A DNA stretch of 64,000 nucleotides from Cenococcum geophilum (Eukaryota): contig CP158636.1 of NCBI GenBank assembly GCA_050273025.1, forward strand, positions 1,302,001 through 1,366,000, read 5' to 3'. Shown piece after piece: positions 61,614 through 64,000 of this stretch. Both the position numbers and the translations under genes were made by a program. The notes under the pieces are model-generated. The model was not told where the DNA came from. It was given only the letters and a program-made list of their open reading frames with translations, and ran no database searches. Numbering within the stretch: the stretch's first letter is position 1; each line of letters opens with the position of its first letter.

Positions 61614-64000
61614 TGTTATGGCACTGACCTAACGCATACTATTTTATACTATCTTGTACTATTCCCTACTATTAGCTAGCCCACCACTAGCGACTTAGCG
61701 GCCGGCCCTACTATTTATATACAATACCCCCTTTCCACCTTCTTCCCCTCTTTATACCACAACGTAGTTATTTAGTCTACTTTATTGCAGCACTGTAATA
61801 GTTTATGGTATCTTTAATTTGCGCCCTATCGCGATTACTAATTCCCTATACCCTAGCTAATTAACCTCCGCCCTAGAGCAATCGCGACCTGCGCGCGCCT
61901 CTGCTAAAACCGATATATCCCTAGCACAGTCCTAGAACAATCCTTAGTTTTTACCTAGCGCCTAGATGGGCGACACTAATAACGCCAAAATGGCTAAAAC
62001 CTAGAACCTCTATAACGTTTTTATAGACCTATTTACAGAGATATACCCTAATATCACGTGGATAATCTGCCGCTCCCTACTATACCCTAAGACCTTTAAG
62101 CCTAGCAAAGCTTACCTTACCCTTATTAACTATACTAATGAGTTCCTTAATAATATTAAAGTAGGACTATAGTATATATATAACACAAACACCGCTAATA
62201 AGAAAGCCAATAAAAACCTTAGTACCCTTATTACTTCCTAGATAGGAACTATTAACTCTTAGGCAAAGACTATTACCGTTCTAAAATAATTAACTCTTAT
62301 AACAATGGTAGTAACCTAACAAAAAAAAACGGAGATCTAAAGACCCGCCAATATTTAGCGGAAAAGGTACCCCGCTAGAATAATAAGCTAATTTTAAAAC
62401 CTAGCATATTAAGATTAAGGGAGTCTTCGACCGGGACTAGGACTACTTTAATATAGTTTAGTCCTAGATCCTTTATATCTTAGATATACTAGAGGATAAG
62501 GCCTATAAGTTTATTAAGTAGGGCCTAGAGCTTATACACAAGAACCCAAACAATATATCTATATAGAAATGGCCTACTAAGGAAGATATGCTTAAAGACC
62601 TTACTACCCACTATAAGGTCCTTAATATAACCTAGGTTGTAAAAAATAAGCTTAACCATTTCCCCTAAGGCGAGTGTAATTACTAGTCTTAAAAGGGAGG
62701 GCTTAATAAGCTAATAGTCTACGCTAAGAAGACAGATAAATAGAAGGTGGACCTACTTTAAAAGTTTATCTCTCCGAAGATAGAAGAGCTGGTACTTAGA
62801 CTGGCCCATAAAATTAATAACAGCGACTATATAGGTTGGAGTAAGTAGATGGATATATTTGCTAAGAACCTTATAAACTATACACACCAAGCCAACTTTA
62901 AGAAGAACGCTAACTACCACCTACCTACCTAAGCCTTTACCCTATATTAACCTTAACCCTAGCAATAATTAGAGAACCTATAGACCTTAATAGAATTTTA
63001 AACATAGAGTATAAGCGCCGCGTTAATAATAGACTATACCTTACCTGTAGCCTACCTAGCCACTAAAGGAATACCTATAACCCCACTAAAATAGTAAACC
63101 TAGTCCTAATACCACCCTATTAAACGATGTAAATAAATAACCGCGGACGCGGTAACTATAGAGTTTATTATAAATACGGCGACCGCGGAGCCTATTATAG
63201 CCGCGGCGGATAACCCCCCCCTTTAACCCTATAGCTTAGTTACTCCAAACTATACCCTATATAGGAGCCTAACCTATTAATAACGCCTAGTATTAGCGAC
63301 TTCGCGCTAGCGAATACGAACACGGCCACATTGTTAGTGAGGTATTATTTTCCTATACCCTAACTAAAATAGAGACTAATACTGCTAGCTAGACGGACAC
63401 TAAACCGCCCTATTAAGACAGCCCCGTACCCTAGTCATTAAAAGGTAAACCCTTAAACTAAGTCGCGCCTAAGGGTCTAAACTATATAAGGAGGAAGACG
63501 AGAAGATTAGGTCCCTATTACTAGATTAATTAGTCCTTTCTATTAGTAAACTGCTACTTAATCTTAGATTAGTAAATAGTAACAAGAAATTAATCCTTAT
63601 TTAAACCCAACTCTCCTTATTACGTAACCTATACCCCTAAGTTTATATCAATATAGTAAGCCTAGTGGACTCTAGTAGTACTGTAATAGCATTTACTAAC
63701 GTAAAGTCTATTATAAGAAAGTATAACATTATAACTAAGAAGCTACTAGCACCTAGGCCACTACGCCTTATAGATAATATCCTAACTTTGCTTATTACGG
63801 ATTACTTTACCGCCTAAATATCAATTGGCCTCTATACTAAAGCTATACTCTTTTTTATTACTAAACTCTCGCCCGCTACCCTAATTATTCTAAGTATACC
63901 CTAGCTTTAGAAGCATAAGCCCCATCCTAGCTTTAGGAAACTTAAGATCCGCTTTAACTTAGACTACTACTCTAGGCACTACCTCCTATAGGGGATAGCT
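61614..64000 (+). mobile_element. Ty3/Gypsy family C, copy C2 (5' LTR, gag, protease; cut by the window edge)
   Basis: 187-bp LTR at 61614-61800 and internal sequence collinear with C1 13817-~16200; gag ATG 61966; left flank TATGG. Confidence 0.95.

Noticed and set aside
1..64000. Host genes, effector genes, tRNA/rRNA, telomeric repeats or Starship-type tyrosine recombinase
   Set aside because: None seen; nearly all sequence is accounted for by the listed elements. I also cannot assign species or named TE families without a database search.

Overview
This window is a gene-free, very AT-rich block of nested transposable elements from a filamentous ascomycete. It is heavily mutated by RIP (CpA/TpG->TpA, with CpG also hit), and no intact protein-coding gene survives. 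About 99% resolves into 13 elements, most with readable target-site duplications (TSDs). Nest 1: a pogo/Tigger-like DNA transposon (left TIR ending at 34601, - strand) was invaded by a piggyBac (- strand, fragments 1-389, 26072-26242, 33265-34018). The piggyBac received Gypsy A1 (390-26066) and Gypsy D (26243-33259, -). A1 carries a pol-less GalEa-type Copia B (3864-6735) and Gypsy A2 (10435-25360), and A2 carries Gypsy C1 (13817-20731). Nest 2: a hAT transposon (from 34842) received Gypsy A3 (34853-43133, carrying a solo LTR at 37254-37500), GalEa Copia E (44650-60996) and Gypsy C2 (61614->64000). E carries Gypsy A4 (46559-56722), which carries a 2.2-kb minisatellite-filled TIR element (52914-55133). 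The best lead: all four A-family Gypsy copies carry, antisense between the chromodomain and the 3' LTR, a RIP-killed intron-containing gene. Its de-RIPped product is a Zn(II)2Cys6 (GAL4-type) cluster plus coiled coil plus acidic tail, i.e. a retrotransposon-encoded mini transcription factor. Other leads: three CX4CX2H modules in an extended A-family Gag, AT-hooks on two unrelated integrases, a shared NNTGG target for the C/D family, and covarying self-priming stems. All protein calls rest on manual translation with RIP back-mutation, not database searches.
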